The notes under the pieces: generated by a model
The model's database searches: none
What the model was told of the DNA's origin: nothing
The model's input: only the letters and a program-made list of their open reading frames with translations
Made by a program: the position numbers and the translations under genes
Shown: positions 61,401 through 64,000 of the stretch, in pieces
Layout: every line of letters begins with the position of its first letter
Position numbering within the stretch: position 1 is the first letter of the stretch
Assembly: GCA_002633005.1 (NCBI GenBank)
Contig: NMRA01000290.1
Coordinates: 485,974-549,973 of the forward strand
Source: Phoronis australis
Lineage: Eukaryota; Animalia; Phoronida
Direction of reading: 5' to 3'
Length of the DNA: 64,000 nucleotides

Positions 61401-62970
61401 GCTATACATTTTGAAATTAAGTTGAGCATTAAAAGGGTACCAAAACCGGCTTTGACCTTTTAACAGATTTAAAAATGATTCTCTCATCCAGTTCTCTGAA
61501 ACGAAATAATGACCTGTAACCCTCGACAACCTTAGTCAAAAGTCGTAGTCCGAAAGGTTTTGCGAAGTTTCGGCAAAGATTTGGTAAACCGCATTTCCCC
61601 TAATGGGAAACCGAGCTTTGGCACACACAGTATGCGTTTTTAGTTGAATCCTGCTTTATCACTAAAGTGACATGACAATGGTGCAGTAGCAGGTTACAGA
61701 ACGAAGATTGGTTAAACTATTCCTCTTACAAACGTGTTATTCTTGGAACTTTTGAGACACATGATTTTCTACTTAACATTTTGGTGTAACAAGGAGTGAT
61801 GTCACAAAAAATATACCTAATATTCACAAGTTTGTTACATATACTTATGAGTACTATAATGCTGAAAAATTAATTGCATATAAAAATTTTGTGTATGGCA
61901 GCTTCTATGGAAAATAGGAAAATTTTGTTGTTTACGTTAACTCCATGTAGCCGTTGTTCACTTTATATGTGATACGAGAAATCAATTAAATGTGCTTGTT
62001 TCTTTCTTTTTGTACTTGATAATCAATGATAATAAGCATCTGAAAAAAAAACAGAGTAATGAACTGTAGTTCTTTTGATTTCGGAATTGTGAACCTTCGG
62101 AGCAATGCTCTTTCGGAGCAATGCTCTTTCGGAGCAGTGAACTTTCGAAATAGGGACATGTAACCTTGGAAATCTTTTCCATCAAGTTTGTTGCTCGTAT
62201 GAAGTCTGCGAGGCTGCGCACCATTGCCACTGATTTACAAGAGAAGACTTTCTTCATTGACCAAAGTTTTATTAGGTCTAAATCTACTTTTCCCTAATAA
62301 TGTGAGCATGCTCGTCGGGGTTTTCTCAGTGCAAGAAAACACGTTATAGACGGTGGGCCAAATCTCATGGCATTTATTGTTGTGAGTATTTGGGGGGGGG
62401 GGGGGGGGGANNGGGGGGGGGGGGGGGGAGGTAGGCAACCCAAATTTTTCTATGTGACTAGAAAATATACTTTAAATTCCAAAAAGTTCCCACGTCTACA
62501 CTTGCACATTTTTTAAAAAAAAGGTGTTTTATTGCAAGAAATATTATGTACATTCCTGCCCCTTGATGGCGCTTTTTTGAATTGATCAATCAGAGAGACA
62601 GATTGTATTATTGTGCTTAGTAACATAAATATGGCAGCTCCAATGCACATACGCCCTCAGCTTCTGATCATCCCCGGAACTATATATATACTACAAGGTA
62701 TGACACTCAGGACAAGGAATTCCACTGGTGCTTCACTTCAGCCGGCCATATCAAACACAAAACTCAAAACATTTACACAAAACAGGGGGTTCACCAAACC
62801 AAGAGCGATTGTTCTTTCTTTTGATAGCATTCACAGTCAGTCCTGCTCTAGCGAGTTCACAACAAATTCTTGGTCAAAGCACAAAATTCTTTCAAATCTG
62901 AACCACCAAATTAATCTGAACTTCATACATTCAGACATATGAGAGCATCATTCGCGAGCAGGAATAAACT

Positions 62971-64000
62971 GGGGCCCGCCTAAGTGCTACGTCGGAGCCA
63001 GCCTGCGCTGCCTCCGGCTGCTTGGCTGGGGCCCGTCTAAGTGCTACGTCGGAGCCTGCGCAGGAAGGCTCCGACGTAGCACTTAGGCGGACCTCAGCCA
63101 AGCTGCCGGAGGCAGCGCGGGCAGGCTCCGACGTAGCACTTAGGCGGGCCTCAGCCAAGCTGCCGAAGGCAGGGCAAGCAGGCTCCGACGTAGCCCTTAG
63201 GCGGGCCTCAGCCAAGCTGCCGGAGGCAGCGCAGGCAGGCTCCGACGTAGCACTTAGGCGGGCCTCAGCCAAGCTGCAGGAGGCAGCGCAAGCAGGCTCC
63301 GACGTAGCACTTAGGCGGGCCTCAGCCAAGCTGCCGGAGTCAGCGCAGGCAGGCTCCGACGTAGCACTTAGGCGGGCCTCAGCCAAGCTGCCGGAGGCAG
63401 CGCAGGCAGGCTCCAACGTAGCACTTAGGCGGGCCTCAGCCTAGCTGCCGGAGGCAGCGCAGGCTGGCTCCGACGTAGCATTTAAGCGTGCCTCAGCCAA
63501 GCTGCCGGAGGCAGCGCAGGCTGGCTCCGACGTAGCACTTAAGCGTGTCTCAGCCAAGCTGCCGGAGGCAGCGCAGGCAGGCTCCGACGTAGCACTTAGG
63601 CAGGCCTCAGACAAGCTGCAGAGGCAGCGCAGGCAGGCTCCGACGTAGCACTTAGGCGGGCCTCAGCCAAGCAGCCGGAGGCAGCGCAGGCAGGCTCCGA
63701 CGTAGCACTTAGGCGGGCCTCAGCCAAGCTGCCGGAGGCAGCGCAGGCAGGCTCCGACGTAGCACTTAGGCGGGCCTCAGCCAAGCAGCCGGAGGCAGCG
63801 CAGGCCGGGCAGGCTCCGACGAAACACACTTAGGCGGGCCTCAGCCAAGCTGCCGGAGGCAGAGCAGGCAGGCTCCGACGTAGCACTTAGGCGGGCCTCA
63901 GTCAAGCTGCCGGAGGCAGCGCAGGCAGGCTCCGACGTAGCACTTAGGCGGGCCTCAGCCAAGCTGCCGGAGCTAGTGCAGGCAGGCTCCGACGTAGCAC
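62971..64000. repeat. GC-rich 57-bp tandem satellite: at least 16 direct units from ~63066, preceded by ~1.6 inverted units
   Basis: Unit aggctccgacgtagcacttaggcgggcctcagccaagctgccggaggcagcgcaggc; orientation flips at ~63060-63066; runs off the window end. Confidence 0.95.

Noticed and set aside
62931-63962. Repetitive ORFs (SEPACAASGSLAEARLSAT / SDVALRRASAKLPEAAQAG) as real proteins
   Set aside because: They arise from a 57-bp satellite that lacks stops in some frames; they occur on both strands and are broken by indels and point stops.
63066-64000. CRISPR-like array of hairpin repeats
   Set aside because: Units are contiguous with no unique spacers, there are no cas genes, and the context is eukaryotic.

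Overview
AT-rich, intron-rich, repeat-rich animal genomic DNA that resembles a marine invertebrate; the species cannot be determined from sequence. Genes reconstructed by hand with GT-AG, phase-consistent exons: (1) the last exon of a serine dehydratase SDS/SDSL (+, 3225-3412); (2) a complete LPCAT1/2-type lysophospholipid acyltransferase with 12 coding exons (-, 39393 to 13949, 490 aa, HxxxxD, FPEGT, EF-hand, KKxx tail); (3) a complete 6-exon C1QBP/p32 (+, 42123-49655, 265 aa), head-to-head with LPCAT across a very compact putative bidirectional promoter (~41980-42125); (4) an uninterrupted 541-aa adhesion/Methuselah-like 7TM receptor ORF with almost no ectodomain, nested on the same strand inside an LPCAT intron (33971-35596); (5) the probable last two exons of an unrecognised single-pass membrane protein (-, 51602-54514). 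Mobile DNA: a Kolobok-like TTAA element with a P2X7-ballast/KolX-like remnant, an internally deleted BEL/Pao LTR element containing a CR1/L2-type LINE that itself contains a MITE, an L1/Tx1 remnant, a hAT5-like family with 5-bp TSDs, and Helentron/HINE-like elements whose ~145-bp monomers each carry a CTCF-like motif. A GC-rich 57-bp satellite starting with an inversion ends the window. The best leads are the nested headless GPCR and the convergent CTCF-motif arrays that bracket it and the bidirectional promoter. All functional interpretations are inference; no searches were run.
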